This document shows, in pieces, positions 1 through 8,841 of a stretch of 52,864 nucleotides of DNA. Each line of letters starts with the position of its first letter. Position 1 is the stretch's first letter. A program made the position numbers and the translations under genes. The stretch comes from a virus (Duplodnaviria > Caudoviricetes). The notes beneath the pieces are model-generated. The model saw only the letters and a program-made list of their open reading frames with translations. It was not told the DNA's origin and ran no database searches. Where the stretch lies: positions 1 through 52,864 of the IMG/VR virus record IMGVR_UViG_3300001472_000023. One strand, given 5' to 3'.

Positions 1-845
1 TTTGCAAGTCTTATCGACCCACCATCAGTGCCACTATTAGCTGAATAAATTGTACCAGCAACGTGAAGTTTTTGACTCGGACTAGTTGTTCCTATACCAA
101 CGTTACCTGAAGGCAGTATCCTTGCGACTTCTGAACCTGCTTGTTTAAATACGTGGGAGTAACCAGACTCAGCATCAAAGTTGAAGTTACCCCCCATATC
201 TATGGTTGAAGTAGCTGCAACTCCTATTCTTTTAATTCCTATACTGCCCTCTACCTCTAACTTTTCACTTGGATTCGTTGTTCCTATACCAACGTGGCCA
301 TTAGCTAATACTGATATGTTAGTAGATGCTGCTGTATCCGCTCTTCCAAACGAGGCTATACCCCCTTCTGCTACCATATAAGCAGAAGTATCATTATCCG
401 ATACGGCTAGTTTGGCTCTATTAGTTCTAGATTTTATCGTGAGACCAATTTCCGCGCCACCTTCTGAATTAAAGATCGCTGTTTTTGTCTGACCAGACAC
501 GCTATTACCAAGCTGCAACCCTACTGATGGAGATGTTGCCCCAATACCAACGTTATTATTTAATCTATGAATTGTTAATGAATCAGCCCCTAATTGAGAA
601 TTGTAAATACGGAACATGTCATTAGTTGCCCCATTAACATACTGATTCTCCAAGCTCCAAGTGGTATAAGTACCTACAAGATCAACTTTTGCTGACGTAC
701 TCCCAGAACTTTCTATATCTAACCCTGCAAATGTAGGAGAGTCGGAGGTATTCAAACTTAAATCGTCTAGAACCTCACTAGTCGAGAGAGATGAAAAGTT
801 CGTTTGGTTGTTTACTCCTGTTGATCCTACAAAATACTCAGACAT
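1..845 (-). CDS. tail fibre-like protein (partial, runs off left edge)
   Basis: Hand translation from ATG at 845 (MSEYFVGSTGVNNQTNFSS...). Recurring (N/H)VGIG(A/T)T(S/N)P motifs, e.g. NVGIGTTSPSQKLHVAG near the window edge, typical of phage fibre proteins. Absent from the ORF track because there is no stop in the window. Confidence 0.75.
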   Translation of the reverse strand, partial: MSEYFVGSTGVNNQTNFSSLSTSEVLDDLSLNTSDSPTFAGLDIESSGSTSAKVDLVGTYTTWSLENQYVNGATNDMFRIYNSQLGADSLTIHRLNNNVGIGATSPSVGLQLGNSVSGQTKTAIFNSEGGAEIGLTIKSRTNRAKLAVSDNDTSAYMVAEGGIASFGRADTAASTNISVLANGHVGIGTTNPSEKLEVEGSIGIKRIGVAATSTIDMGGNFNFDAESGYSHVFKQAGSEVARILPSGNVGIGTTSPSQKLHVAGTIYSANSGTDGGSIRLA

Positions 846-866
846 AGCTATAAATTATATAGATTG

Positions 867-872
867 TTACAC
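867..872 (-). promoter_or_regulatory. GTGTAA putative late-promoter motif
   Basis: 21 nt upstream of the ATG at 845; a second copy GTGTAT at 887-892. Confidence 0.55.
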
Positions 873-892
873 CTATTTATAGTTAAATACAC

Positions 893-922
893 AAAAAAAC
901 CCAACCCTTTCTAGGGTTGGGT
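893..922 (-). terminator. Rho-independent terminator
   Basis: Minus strand ACCCAACCCT-AGAA-AGGGTTGGGT followed by a T-run, just downstream of the 941..2551 stop. Confidence 0.8.
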
Positions 923-940
923 GATTAAAAATAATTAAGT

Positions 941-2551
941 TTAATTAGTTTCTTCTATCCAATTGTAATTGATAGTCGCAGAAGTCACTAACGTTGTTGT
1001 AGATTGATCGCTGGCTATCTTTAAACCATTACCGTTTACGCTAACAGATAGACCGTAACTAGAAGCGTTAGATCCTGCAAATGTTTTTATAACAAAAGAG
1101 GATAACATGTCTGTGCTGTCAGAATCCCTACGAATAACACCTTGAATCTTCCACATAGCAACGTAAGTGCCATTATCTGAATCTTGAGCCGTATCAATTG
1201 ATTGTACAACACCCTCAAAAGCTACTGTAGTTTTATCATTTAAGTCTATAGCATTCCCATCTGTTCCAGAAGCTGATATTCCATTATTGTCTGTTCCACG
1301 TAAAATTAAAGAACCTCCTTTAGTAACTACATTACTAATGCTAGTATTATCACTTCCAAGCTCAATCTTATTGAGGTGGCCTTGGTCTGAAACTGTAGCG
1401 ATCGCAGATGTCGAAGATCCCAAGTCAACAGATCCTCCCCCTGTAAGGCCAGAAGAAACAGAAACTGTTACGGAATCATTAGAAAGTTTAGAGTTAGCTA
1501 TAGAACCTGCCAACATGTCATTTTCAACAGCGCCAGCAGCAATTGTTGCGGTCAGAGTCTCAGTAGTGTCTGACCCATCAAATACGACAGAACCTCCCAA
1601 GTCTCCAGCTAAAGAAAGAGTTGTAGCAGCAGACCATTTAGAGGCTGTAGCCGCATTACCAACAATATCAGCTTCAATATCTAAACTATTAGTTTTCCAA
1701 CGATTATTCGTAGAGTCGTAAGTGAACTCTGCAATTGTAGAAGCGGCTGTTCCAGAAATTATAATACCACCACCATCTGCAGCAGCATCATTCGCTGCTC
1801 CAGTTCCTAAAACCAAGTTTATGTCACCAATCTGGACATCTGTAGAAGAAATGGTAGTAGTCGTGCCTTCAACTTGCAAATCTCCTTGAATAACGACTGT
1901 ACCAGCTGGGCCAGAACTATCTGGATCGATTGTAATTGTAGATGGTCCCGTAATATTACCTCCGTTAACTCGAAGATCTTCTACTTGTATGTCTTGGTTT
2001 GTAGTCGCTCCATTATCACAGACATTATCTAAAGTGAGGCTTTGGAAAGACCCTGAAACAGCTTGAAGAGCTGAAATCTCAGTATCGTTACTATTAATTC
2101 TACCATTTAAATTCCCAGTAGCAGTCCTCAGGGTTGTTAGCTCTGCATCATTCCCATCAATCCTAGTATCTATAGCTCCAGAAATAGCGTTAACCTCTGT
2201 CTCTGTATAATAACGATTATCTAAGTTAACAGAAGAGAAATCAGCCGTGGTAACGTGTCCAAGATCATCAAAAACAAACTCAACAGACTGAAGAACACTG
2301 CCGTCAGCATTATTAATATCGAAATCCGAAGCCTCCGTAATATCTGGGTGAGCATTAGCTGCCAGATAGCCAGACATCGCAATAAGAGCATCTTGAGACG
2401 CTCCGCGATCTGTAACCCCATCCGTAATGGAGTTTTGTATTGCTGATGACCTTACATCAGTATCGAAAGTTGATATATCTGTTAGGCTACCTGTCTGAAA
2501 ATCGACCTGAGTCCCATTCAGCTCTCCTTTGTAAATAATATTTGTCGCCAT
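941..2551 (-). CDS. tail fibre/spike-like structural protein
   Basis: 536 aa, G/S/T/D-rich; fibre-type motifs LDNRYYTETEV, GDLQVEGTTTTI, ATASKW..LSLAGDLGGSVVFDGS; short coiled coil. Confidence 0.7.
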   Translation of the reverse strand: MATNIIYKGELNGTQVDFQTGSLTDISTFDTDVRSSAIQNSITDGVTDRGASQDALIAMSGYLAANAHPDITEASDFDINNADGSVLQSVEFVFDDLGHVTTADFSSVNLDNRYYTETEVNAISGAIDTRIDGNDAELTTLRTATGNLNGRINSNDTEISALQAVSGSFQSLTLDNVCDNGATTNQDIQVEDLRVNGGNITGPSTITIDPDSSGPAGTVVIQGDLQVEGTTTTISSTDVQIGDINLVLGTGAANDAAADGGGIIISGTAASTIAEFTYDSTNNRWKTNSLDIEADIVGNAATASKWSAATTLSLAGDLGGSVVFDGSDTTETLTATIAAGAVENDMLAGSIANSKLSNDSVTVSVSSGLTGGGSVDLGSSTSAIATVSDQGHLNKIELGSDNTSISNVVTKGGSLILRGTDNNGISASGTDGNAIDLNDKTTVAFEGVVQSIDTAQDSDNGTYVAMWKIQGVIRRDSDSTDMLSSFVIKTFAGSNASSYGLSVSVNGNGLKIASDQSTTTLVTSATINYNWIEETN

Positions 2552-2573
2552 ATGTGTAACTAGTTATTGCTAA

Positions 2574-2579
2574 TTACAC
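2574..2579 (-). promoter_or_regulatory. GTGTAA putative late-promoter motif
   Basis: 22 nt upstream of the ATG at 2551. Confidence 0.55.
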
Positions 2580-2602
2580 AACAAAGACTAAATAAGAAAA
2601 AA

Positions 2603-3142
2603 TTAATATTTTAACTGAGATAAATCAACTTTTCCTAACCAACGCACATTTGTTGCAGCTTTACCTGCGGCATGGAATTTCAAAGAGCCATTCGAAGGGC
2701 TAACTGAAAATTGCACATCCCCTACCCCTATTTCATCTTGTATTATATGAGTATGGGGAGTACCCAAAAGAGCAACAGAATTAGCACTATTACCCCTTTT
2801 TGCACCACCATTCACATGCATAATGACGGTATCTCCATTTTGCGCTCTACCTATAAAATGGCAGCTAAAAAAGTAAGAAGTATTGTCCTCTAAGACAAAC
2901 CTAGCGTTAGTACCATCTAAAAACAATTCGGTTTCTGAAGCATCTGTAGAAGAACCCCTTAAGAGAAAGATTGCATTTTGTGCGTCTCCAGCTACAGAAA
3001 AATAACCATTAGATATTACAAACTGGTTTTGTTGGGCATTTAAATTTGCATTTTTGGCACCATCTCCAAAGATAACTTCAGAAACATTCTCTGTATTGAG
3101 AGTTTCTAAAACTAAATTTTTTAATTTTACTTCTAACGCCAT
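2603..3142 (-). CDS. putative virion structural protein (beta-rich; resembles the C-terminal domain of 941..2551)
   Basis: 179-aa ORF in the structural cluster, translationally coupled to the upstream gene (TAATG). Confidence 0.6.
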   Translation of the reverse strand: MALEVKLKNLVLETLNTENVSEVIFGDGAKNANLNAQQNQFVISNGYFSVAGDAQNAIFLLRGSSTDASETELFLDGTNARFVLEDNTSYFFSCHFIGRAQNGDTVIMHVNGGAKRGNSANSVALLGTPHTHIIQDEIGVGDVQFSVSPSNGSLKFHAAGKAATNVRWLGKVDLSQLKY

Positions 3143-3561
3143 TATGTGTTTGGTATTGCTCTAGTTTGTAATACGTATCCTGTACCTATATTATCTGAAA
3201 ATTCTACAAAGAATCCAGTGGTACTTATATCTCTAACTGCAGTAAAATAAGTTCTCTCTACCCCATTTGGCAACTGAAGCTCGCATTGAACCATAGGTAC
3301 AGAAGAAAATGCGGTACCAAATGCTATTCCTGTTTCTTCTATTCCAGAAGGTAAAACAAAATCAACCCTTTGACTAAAGCTCTGATCTAAAAATTTGTTA
3401 TACTGGTCTAATGACAGATGATAATATTCATTGTTAGCACCACCTTGAATCGATAAAAGCCCATTATGGGAAATACCGTCCACAGCCACATCTAAGCCTG
3501 TCGAAGAAATTATCGACAAATCTACATTTGGAGTCTCTGTAACTGTTACATTAATACTCAT
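3142..3561 (-). CDS. putative structural protein with H-type-lectin/gp53-like C-terminus
   Basis: 139 aa; IAFGTAFSSVPMV...ISTTGF motif typical of fibre-tip domains; HNGLLSIQGG..EYYHL motif. Confidence 0.55.
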   Translation of the reverse strand: MSINVTVTETPNVDLSIISSTGLDVAVDGISHNGLLSIQGGANNEYYHLSLDQYNKFLDQSFSQRVDFVLPSGIEETGIAFGTAFSSVPMVQCELQLPNGVERTYFTAVRDISTTGFFVEFSDNIGTGYVLQTRAIPNT

Positions 3562-3905
3562 GGAAGAGGAGTAGCTGTTCCATTAACAGTTGCTGTTCCA
3601 TATAACAACCTATCAACACAACCATCGGCTTTGATTAAAAATATATCATAAGAACTATAAGCTGGCTCCATAGCTTGAGTGTCAGCACTATTTAGAGACA
3701 TTTTCGCAACACCGTTTACAGCGTCAGTTTCTGCATAAGTAAATGTGGCTTGAACAGCTTGATCATAATCTCTATAAACAACTCCAGTCAAATACACTGC
3801 ATCCGTTCTTAAATCATAGGCTGTATTAGTGTCATCCTTCAAAGTTAAAGGGATGTCAAGGCAAGCTCCTTGCTCAATAATAATATCATATTTTGTCCCA
3901 GCCAT
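3558..3905 (-). CDS. putative baseplate/tail-associated Ig-like protein
   Basis: 115 aa; YDIIIEQGA...LSADT...YDIFL...RLLYGTATV pattern common in phage structural proteins; ATGA overlap with the next gene. Confidence 0.55.
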   Translation of the reverse strand: MAGTKYDIIIEQGACLDIPLTLKDDTNTAYDLRTDAVYLTGVVYRDYDQAVQATFTYAETDAVNGVAKMSLNSADTQAMEPAYSSYDIFLIKADGCVDRLLYGTATVNGTATPLP

Positions 3906-3914
3906 TGCCTTTAG

Positions 3915-3920
3915 TTACAC
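3915..3920 (-). promoter_or_regulatory. GTGTAA putative late-promoter motif
   Basis: 9 nt upstream of the ATG at 3905. Confidence 0.55.
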
Positions 3921-3927
3921 TAATTAT

Positions 3928-4242
3928 CTATTTTTTTAAGAATTTATCAGGATTCTTTTCAAACTTCTTCGCTAAAGCGATTATTCCATTGATAATCTCT
4001 GGGCTTACTACTCCAACTACACCATATGCTATAGCTTTAATGAAATCACTAATGGGAGCATCTTGAAGCACAAACCATAATATACCAGATAAGATTGTAG
4101 CAGCGACGACATTTCTAAGAAAAGTTCTCATGGAGTAAGCACCCTTGTAAGTGAGCATCCTTGCCACCATGCCAGCCGCCCCGATCATTGGTATGATCCA
4201 ACCTCCATCCATAAACTCTCTCATCAAGCTTTTAAAATCCAT
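3928..4242 (-). CDS. putative holin (LydA-like)
   Basis: 104 aa, three hydrophobic helices, basic C-terminus (KKFEKNPDKFLKK). Confidence 0.65.
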   Translation of the reverse strand: MDFKSLMREFMDGGWIIPMIGAAGMVARMLTYKGAYSMRTFLRNVVAATILSGILWFVLQDAPISDFIKAIAYGVVGVVSPEIINGIIALAKKFEKNPDKFLKK

Positions 4243-4252
4243 GTAAAATATA

Positions 4253-4280
4253 TTACACCAAAATATTTTTTTTTGTGTAT
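4253..4280. promoter_or_regulatory. divergent pair of GTGTA(A/T) motifs
   Basis: Minus GTGTAA at 4253-4258 (10 nt before ATG 4242) and plus GTGTAT at 4275-4280 (11 nt before ATG 4292), separated by an AT/T-run spacer. Confidence 0.6.
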
Positions 4281-4291
4281 CTTATTTTAAG

Positions 4292-5602
4292 ATGGGGGAA
4301 CATCGAAAAGACCTTGAAGAAGCAGAACATTTTGCTAAAAAATACTGTAACCCAAAAGATAGCGAAATTATCTCTGACTTAGATCGTCATGCAAGAGAAA
4401 CAGCATGGGCTTTGTTACAGAGAATTAAATACTTGGAACAGAAGTCTTGTGTTTGTGAAGAGTGTGGTGGTGAGGTGGACGATGAGCCTTTAGAAGAAGA
4501 AGTCTCTGAAGAAGAAGTTAAAGTTGAAAAAAATAAAGGTCAGGAGGTGAAAGCTGAAACCCCTGAGACTTCTACTATGGATAAGTTATCTGAGATAGCT
4601 GAGAAAAATAAAGATATTTTGGATAAAGCTGCAAAAGGTACGGCTGCTGCTGCCGCTGCTGGAGCAACCACCCAAACAGCAAGTGCCGCTACTGGCTTAA
4701 GCGCTTTTGTGCAAGAGACCGTTCAAAAAGTAGGAACAATTGGGGTCGCTGGAACTATGTCCATAGGTAGTGGAGCTTACTTCCAAGCCAAAACAACAAA
4801 AGAAAAGGGTACTGAAATAGCTGTTGTGGCAGAACAAGAGCACAAAGTATTTTCTAATTTAAATGATTTTACTGAAACAACAATTGGATTCCAGCCTTTT
4901 GGCGGCGTTACCGAAGCGATTGTAGAATATGCCGAAAAGGGTTATGGAGATGTCGTCGGTACATCTGAAGAAGGTTACAAGGGAGGCGAAGAAGGAGAAG
5001 GAGAAGAATCTAGCGGCGAAGAGGGTGAAGGCGAAACCTCAAATGAAGAAGCCTCTAACGAGGGAGAAGGAAATGAAGACGAGCCTACAGAAAAAAATAA
5101 TGAAGAAGGTGAAGGGGAAGCTGTTAAAGAAGAGGATTCTGTAAAGACTGAAGAAGAAACTGAAGGAGAGGAAACAGAAGAATCCGAAGAGGGGTCCGAA
5201 GAAGAGGGGTCCGAAGAAGAGGGGTCCGAAGAAGAGGAATCTGAAGGAGAGGAAACAGAAGAATCCGAAGAGGAATCCGAAGAGGAGGAATCCGAAGAGG
5301 AGGAATCCGAAGAGGAGGAATCCGAAGAAGAGGAATCTGAAGGAGAGGAAACAGAAGAATCCGAAGAGGAATCCGAAGAGGAGGAATCCGAAGAGGAGGA
5401 GCCTGAAGAAGAGGAGGAAGAATCTGAAGAGGGTGAGCCTGAAGAAAAAGAGCAGCCTGAAGAACAGTCTGAAGAGGGCGGAGAGGGCGAAGAGAAAAAA
5501 ACAGATATTGAGAATTCAGAAGAGACATTTGAACTAGAAGAAGATGATCAAGTCACTCAAGTCCCTGATGTGATTAAACTCCCTAATATGATAAGAAAAT
5601 AA
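4292..5602 (+). CDS. highly acidic Glu-rich repeat protein, possibly membrane-associated
   Basis: 436 aa; CxCxxC near the N-terminus, Ala/Gly/Thr-rich apolar middle, long E-rich tail. Confidence 0.75.
   Translation: MGEHRKDLEEAEHFAKKYCNPKDSEIISDLDRHARETAWALLQRIKYLEQKSCVCEECGGEVDDEPLEEEVSEEEVKVEKNKGQEVKAETPETSTMDKLSEIAEKNKDILDKAAKGTAAAAAAGATTQTASAATGLSAFVQETVQKVGTIGVAGTMSIGSGAYFQAKTTKEKGTEIAVVAEQEHKVFSNLNDFTETTIGFQPFGGVTEAIVEYAEKGYGDVVGTSEEGYKGGEEGEGEESSGEEGEGETSNEEASNEGEGNEDEPTEKNNEEGEGEAVKEEDSVKTEEETEGEETEESEEGSEEEGSEEEGSEEEESEGEETEESEEESEEEESEEEESEEEESEEEESEGEETEESEEESEEEESEEEEPEEEEEESEEGEPEEKEQPEEQSEEGGEGEEKKTDIENSEETFELEEDDQVTQVPDVIKLPNMIRK
5160..5400 (+). repeat. coding tandem repeat (15-nt unit) with higher-order structure
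   Basis: Units TCCGAAGAGGAGGAA/TCCGAAGAAGAGGGG (SEEEE/SEEEG). The block CTGAAGGAGAGGAAACAGAAGAATCCGAAGAGG starts at 5160, 5241 and 5337 (spacings 81 and 96). Confidence 0.85.
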
Positions 5603-5607
5603 TTAAA

Positions 5608-5799
5608 ATGGAAGATTTATTCGACAAAATCCTAGCTCCTTATATGGGGTCAATGCCTGAGTTCATTATTTCTATATTAGGGCTTCTCGGAACACTTTCT
5701 TATATCGTTCCAGAGAATAGTAAACTAGGAAGAATACTTGGAAAATTAACTGGGAACTTAGGGAAATTGAAAAACTATTTGCTTAAAAAGAAAAAATGA
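5608..5799 (+). CDS. small membrane protein (holin-like)
   Basis: 63 aa; hydrophobic FIISILGLLGTLSYIV, lysine-rich C-terminus; ATGA overlap with the next gene. Confidence 0.6.
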   Translation: MEDLFDKILAPYMGSMPEFIISILGLLGTLSYIVPENSKLGRILGKLTGNLGKLKNYLLKKKK

Positions 5800-6632
5800 A
5801 ATATCTCTTACCTATACTTATACCCCTACTATGCCTAACTTCATTGCTGGAAGCGGCTATAATTACCTCTGTAGAAGGCAACATTCTCATAATAGACCCA
5901 ATAGGTAACCCGAATATTAATCCTGTAGTCAATATCCAAAGACCCATTCAGATCAGCACTGAGGAAGTTGTAGATATAGCCGAAAGTAAAGATAAAAAAT
6001 TAGATATGGTTATAACTTGGGACGCAGATGAAGAAGAGATTTATGATTTTTATGATGCTCCAAACTGGGATTTTTCTCAATCAGATTCTCTGGAATTAGA
6101 CAGGGATTCGCCCATCTCTAATATATTGACTATAACCGACGCCTTGATACTTGAAGATAGCCCCTCTTATTCAAATATTGAGATCGGGAATGGTTTTTCA
6201 GTAACGTTAAAATCTACCTCTTTAACCTTCCAAAACAATAATGGTTTTACTGGAGTCGATGATGATGACGATATTGTTTCTACTTTGAACATCTTTGAAG
6301 GCTCTGATATGGACGCTATGTTTTCTGCAATCGGGCTAGAAATAAATGTAGATTCAACTAGCAGCTTAACACTACGAGGGGCTGGAGACTCAATCAATAG
6401 TCAAACCGAAAGATCTATCGTTAACTTATCTCCAAATGCCCAACTCACTTTAAGTTCATTAGATCAATTCGCGGTACAAGGCGATGATATTTACTTCAAT
6501 GGTGTATCATTCTCCCAAAACCCCTCTATTTTAAAGTTTAATGGTAATACAGGTACTGCAATCCCAGAGATGAATTTTATTCTTTTTAGCGCAATCCCTA
6601 TTATATTGCTTTTAAATAACAAAAGACGATAG
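5796..6632 (+). CDS. secreted protein with PEP-CTERM-like sorting signal
   Basis: N-terminal signal peptide MKYLLPILIPLLCLTSLLEA; C-terminal AIPE + hydrophobic helix + NKRR. Confidence 0.7.
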   Translation: MKYLLPILIPLLCLTSLLEAAIITSVEGNILIIDPIGNPNINPVVNIQRPIQISTEEVVDIAESKDKKLDMVITWDADEEEIYDFYDAPNWDFSQSDSLELDRDSPISNILTITDALILEDSPSYSNIEIGNGFSVTLKSTSLTFQNNNGFTGVDDDDDIVSTLNIFEGSDMDAMFSAIGLEINVDSTSSLTLRGAGDSINSQTERSIVNLSPNAQLTLSSLDQFAVQGDDIYFNGVSFSQNPSILKFNGNTGTAIPEMNFILFSAIPIILLLNNKRR

Positions 6633-6648
6633 TGAATAATAAATAGAT

Positions 6649-6680
6649 AAAAACGGCATCTTAAATAGATGCCGTTTTTT
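6649..6680. terminator. bidirectional Rho-independent terminator
   Basis: AAAAACGGCATCT-TAAAT-AGATGCCGTTTTT between the convergent stops at 6632 and 6683. Confidence 0.85.
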
Positions 6681-6682
6681 AT

Positions 6683-6931
6683 TTAATCAAAAAGTTCTCT
6701 TTCTAATTTTCTGTATCGGGCATCAGAATGCCAGACTTCATCACTTTGAGGAGTGTACGTCCCCTCTTGAGTTTGAACTGGAATCCCCGCCTTGAGCTTC
6801 AAGGAAGACGGCTGATATATGTTTAAAGTCGTCGTTTTCGGACTTGAGCCGCCGCCGCAGGAGGTCAGCCCGATCAGAGGAGTTACTATCACCAGCAGCC
6901 CGTAATTCTTCAATTTCATTAATGAGTTCAT
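6683..6931 (-). CDS. lipoprotein, putative outer-membrane spanin (Rz1-like)
   Basis: Signal peptide with lipobox LTS-C followed by a GGGSS linker; starts inside the upstream gene in another frame. Confidence 0.6.
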   Translation of the reverse strand: MNSLMKLKNYGLLVIVTPLIGLTSCGGGSSPKTTTLNIYQPSSLKLKAGIPVQTQEGTYTPQSDEVWHSDARYRKLERELFD

Positions 6932-7037
6932 TTTTTATCTTTCTATGGTTATTTTTAATTTCAAAAAAAGCTAATTTATTCCTTAATTCAAGATACAATT
7001 TAAGGCTTTGAGCTAAAGTTTTAATTAAGGACATCAT
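6741..7037 (-). CDS. coiled-coil protein, putative inner-spanin partner (Rz-like)
   Basis: Likely start ATG 7037 (GTGTAT motif 11 nt upstream); helical/coiled coil; 3' part overlapped by the lipoprotein gene; N-terminal TM helix is weak. Confidence 0.5.
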   Translation of the reverse strand: MMSLIKTLAQSLKLYLELRNKLAFFEIKNNHRKIKNELINEIEELRAAGDSNSSDRADLLRRRLKSENDDFKHISAVFLEAQGGDSSSNSRGDVHSSK

Positions 7038-7044
7038 ACTTCTT

Positions 7045-7845
7045 TTATATACACTCCAAAACCTGTTTCCACTCCATCTCCCCAATCACAGAGGTTAACT
7101 TAGTTATATCTGCCTTAGTGAACTTTTGATACTGGCCCTTTAGGTTGGAAGGCATAGTAATCTGCTTAACTTTAGCCCCAGAGTTTTCAGCCATTCTGTC
7201 AGCAATATCTTTAAATGAAACAGCATTACCAGTCCCGACATTAAAAATACCAGAGTCATCATGATGAAGCATACGATAATGCACCTCACAAACGTCTTCG
7301 ACGTTAACAAAATCTCTGCTTGCTTTGGTCCTAAAAACTTTGATCTCTCCATCTTCCCGAACTTGTTTAATAAATTTAGTTATCGGACTGGCCTGTTCGC
7401 CTTTGTCCTCTTCGTGCGGACCATAGACATTGAAGTATCTAAATCCTTGATATGGATGATCTTCATTCAAGAGCCAATTGTCAAACATATATTTACTATA
7501 AGCGTAAGGACTTAATGGAATACAAAACTGATCCTCTTCGAAAGTATCAGCTAATCCATAAACAGAAGCACTGCTAGCATACTGGAATTTAATATCCATA
7601 GCTGCACATAACTGATAAAGAGTACCAGAAAAGATAAAATTCTCTTTTAAAATCTTTTTGAGGTCTGTCTCTGTAGTACTTGAGTTAGCCCCAAGGTGAA
7701 TTACTGCATCAATACCGTTTAAAGGCGGTAAATCCCCACCATTTTTTGTATCGTACCCTTCTACCTCAATACCCCTCTTAGATAAATAAGGGCAAAGGTT
7801 CTTGCCAATAAAACCTTCGCTACCAGTCACTAATACTCTTTTCAC
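7045..7845 (-). CDS. rfaD: ADP-L-glycero-D-manno-heptose 6-epimerase-like extended SDR
   Basis: VTGSEGFIG, IHLGANSSTTE, YASSASVYG, YAYSK, GFRYFNVYGPHEEDKG, LKGQYQKFTKAD motifs. Confidence 0.85.
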   Translation of the reverse strand: MKRVLVTGSEGFIGKNLCPYLSKRGIEVEGYDTKNGGDLPPLNGIDAVIHLGANSSTTETDLKKILKENFIFSGTLYQLCAAMDIKFQYASSASVYGLADTFEEDQFCIPLSPYAYSKYMFDNWLLNEDHPYQGFRYFNVYGPHEEDKGEQASPITKFIKQVREDGEIKVFRTKASRDFVNVEDVCEVHYRMLHHDDSGIFNVGTGNAVSFKDIADRMAENSGAKVKQITMPSNLKGQYQKFTKADITKLTSVIGEMEWKQVLECI

Positions 7846-7857
7846 AGAGATATTATA

Positions 7858-8832
7858 TTAAAGATCGCCCTTATCTTCAATAACTTCTTTAATATCAGAA
7901 AGGAAGGGATAAGCATTCAACAGATCTTGATGTTCTGCAAAATTTTCGTCTGCCCATCCCCACTCTGTTAAGACCTCATCTTCATCCCATTCCATAGCTT
8001 CTTCTGAAGCCATAGAACTAACAGGTTTTTTAGACCAGAATTTACAACTCCAGTACCTTGGAGTAGTTTTATCTTTAGCTGTATCGCACTTATGTCTAGC
8101 CCTAAAGCTTCTACGACGATCAGGATCATCACGCTTGATCTCCATATTAGGATCACCAAACTTTACCATGATCACATTGCCAGTTTTAGGGTTTTTTACG
8201 TATACCCCAAACTTTTTTTTACCGCCCTTTAATCTAAAGGGTTTATTTAAAGTCTTTTTTTCTGCTTCAGAGTAGTCTATATCCTCTATGTCTTGGCTAG
8301 ACTCCGCCGAAGCGTCTATTTTAACAAAATCTAAGCGAGCTAAAGCAAAATCCAATTCATCAAAATCTATAAAGGCTTTGCCATGCTCTTCAATGTAGTA
8401 ATCTTCTGAGCCTTTTGCTACATCTTGGTCTGCAGCACGATAAGATTTTTTAACCTTACCCCCACGGACCATCTTCAAAAACATATTAACCCTAGCCATA
8501 GCCCATTGACCTCTGGTCTTTCCGGGCCTATGGCTAGAACTAAATGCTCCCGCACCACGGCGGTATATTTTTTTTAACTGAGTAAGAGATACTTTTTTGG
8601 AATACTTCTCATTATGCTCTTTAACTTTGTTTTTAAGAGCTGTTACAACTTTTTCAGAAAAAGCAATTTTTTTTCCATCTTTACCTCCAGCACTGCCTTT
8701 CTTGTTCTTACTAGAACCTTTTTTACGCTCACTAGGCTTAGAGGGAGTTTGTGCCTCACCCTTAGGCCCAGAACGCTTAGCAGACCGAGATTCAAGAAAA
8801 TCCTTGGCTTCTTTAGAAAAATCGTATTCCAT
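7858..8832 (-). CDS. conserved phage protein, basic, two domains
   Basis: LKKIYRRGAGAF...QWAMARVN domain and KKFGVYV...VKFGD...RRSFRARHKC..RYWSC domain. ATG at 8832 with GTGTAA (8842-8847) 9 nt upstream. Confidence 0.7.
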   Translation of the reverse strand: MEYDFSKEAKDFLESRSAKRSGPKGEAQTPSKPSERKKGSSKNKKGSAGGKDGKKIAFSEKVVTALKNKVKEHNEKYSKKVSLTQLKKIYRRGAGAFSSSHRPGKTRGQWAMARVNMFLKMVRGGKVKKSYRAADQDVAKGSEDYYIEEHGKAFIDFDELDFALARLDFVKIDASAESSQDIEDIDYSEAEKKTLNKPFRLKGGKKKFGVYVKNPKTGNVIMVKFGDPNMEIKRDDPDRRRSFRARHKCDTAKDKTTPRYWSCKFWSKKPVSSMASEEAMEWDEDEVLTEWGWADENFAEHQDLLNAYPFLSDIKEVIEDKGDL

Positions 8833-8841
8833 CAAGATTTG

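Noticed and set aside
181-2446. Shadow ORFs 181..381, 1287..1721, 2221..2421 and 2255..2446
   Set aside because: Antisense or out-of-frame to well-supported fibre genes
4929-5528. Alternative-frame ORFs 4929..5144 (+) and 5124..5528 (-)
   Set aside because: By-products of the low-complexity Glu repeat
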